A stretch of DNA of 64,000 bases from Asterias rubens. Lineage: Eukaryota. Made by a program: the position numbers and the translations under genes. The stretch covers positions 2,170,001-2,234,000 of the forward strand of contig NC_047073.1 of the NCBI RefSeq assembly GCF_902459465.1, written 5' to 3'. This document shows positions 63,568 through 64,000 of the stretch, in pieces (within the stretch, counting starts at the first letter, position 1; every line of letters begins with the position of its first letter). Below the pieces are notes generated by a model, which saw only the letters and a program-made list of their open reading frames with translations, searched no databases and was not told the origin of the DNA.

Positions 63568-64000
63568 CAGACAGAGCAGCTGTAATATTGTCCATGATCG
63601 CAGCCATTTTATATCAAAACATCAAATGCGTGGGGTGTGTGTTTGTAGCACGTGTGTGAAAAAAGCCCGGCGTCACTGATGCACCGGATCGTGCTGTACT
63701 GCAGTGTAGGCCTGTACGCGTTATATCGGAAAGGAACCCGACTATTATCACAGCCTTGTTTACACTGATAGTCAACCTCGTCCTCGTAACAAAGCTCCGA
63801 GGATCGACCTCGCTATCTCATTACGCGCGGAGGTTGAGGTAAATCGACACAAGGTAGACTTTTATGACTCAATGGTATCATATCAATGCATAGAAGGTGG
63901 TTCATCGAGGTGGACGGACACCGACAACAAGTTCATGGCTCTGCTTACCGTAAGCACAGAATCGGCGCTAACGGAAGTAGGGAATTATGTGCTTTAGGCC

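Overview
Eukaryotic, AT-rich, intron-containing genomic DNA. It is most likely an invertebrate deuterostome such as a sea star; this is inferred from gene families and repeat style, not proven. I can assemble five protein-coding loci by hand from GT-AG splice sites, all secreted/surface or innate-immunity-type. (1) A 304-aa secreted protein made only of three Mucin2_WxxW/CysD-type domains (11060-16190,+). (2) An intronless PAN/Apple + fibrinogen-C protein (18778-19767,+). (3) A 23-exon, 1180-aa type-I membrane receptor: signal-(C-type lectin-FN3)x4-SEA-like-TM-tail (23243-39119,+), containing a very recent 1.7-kb internal duplication. (4) A ROCO-family gene (47187-51331,+) whose Roc GTPase is split by a ~280-aa multi-pass transmembrane block, followed by COR and a C-terminal death domain, with one in-frame TAG inside COR. 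(5) An intronless C-type lectin + PAN gene (57724-58445,-) with a 1-nt frameshift after the signal peptide. The rest is dense in non-autonomous transposons: about 20 TTAA-flanked MITEs, CWG-flanked palindromic MITEs, a 5.4-kb CCC..GGG element with satellite-like arms, tRNA-derived SINEs, and L2/CR1 LINE tails. No rRNA, bona fide tRNA or CRISPR array is supported. The strongest candidate for an undescribed system is the membrane-embedded Roc-COR-death-domain protein. All domain calls come from motif recognition by eye; no database searches were run.
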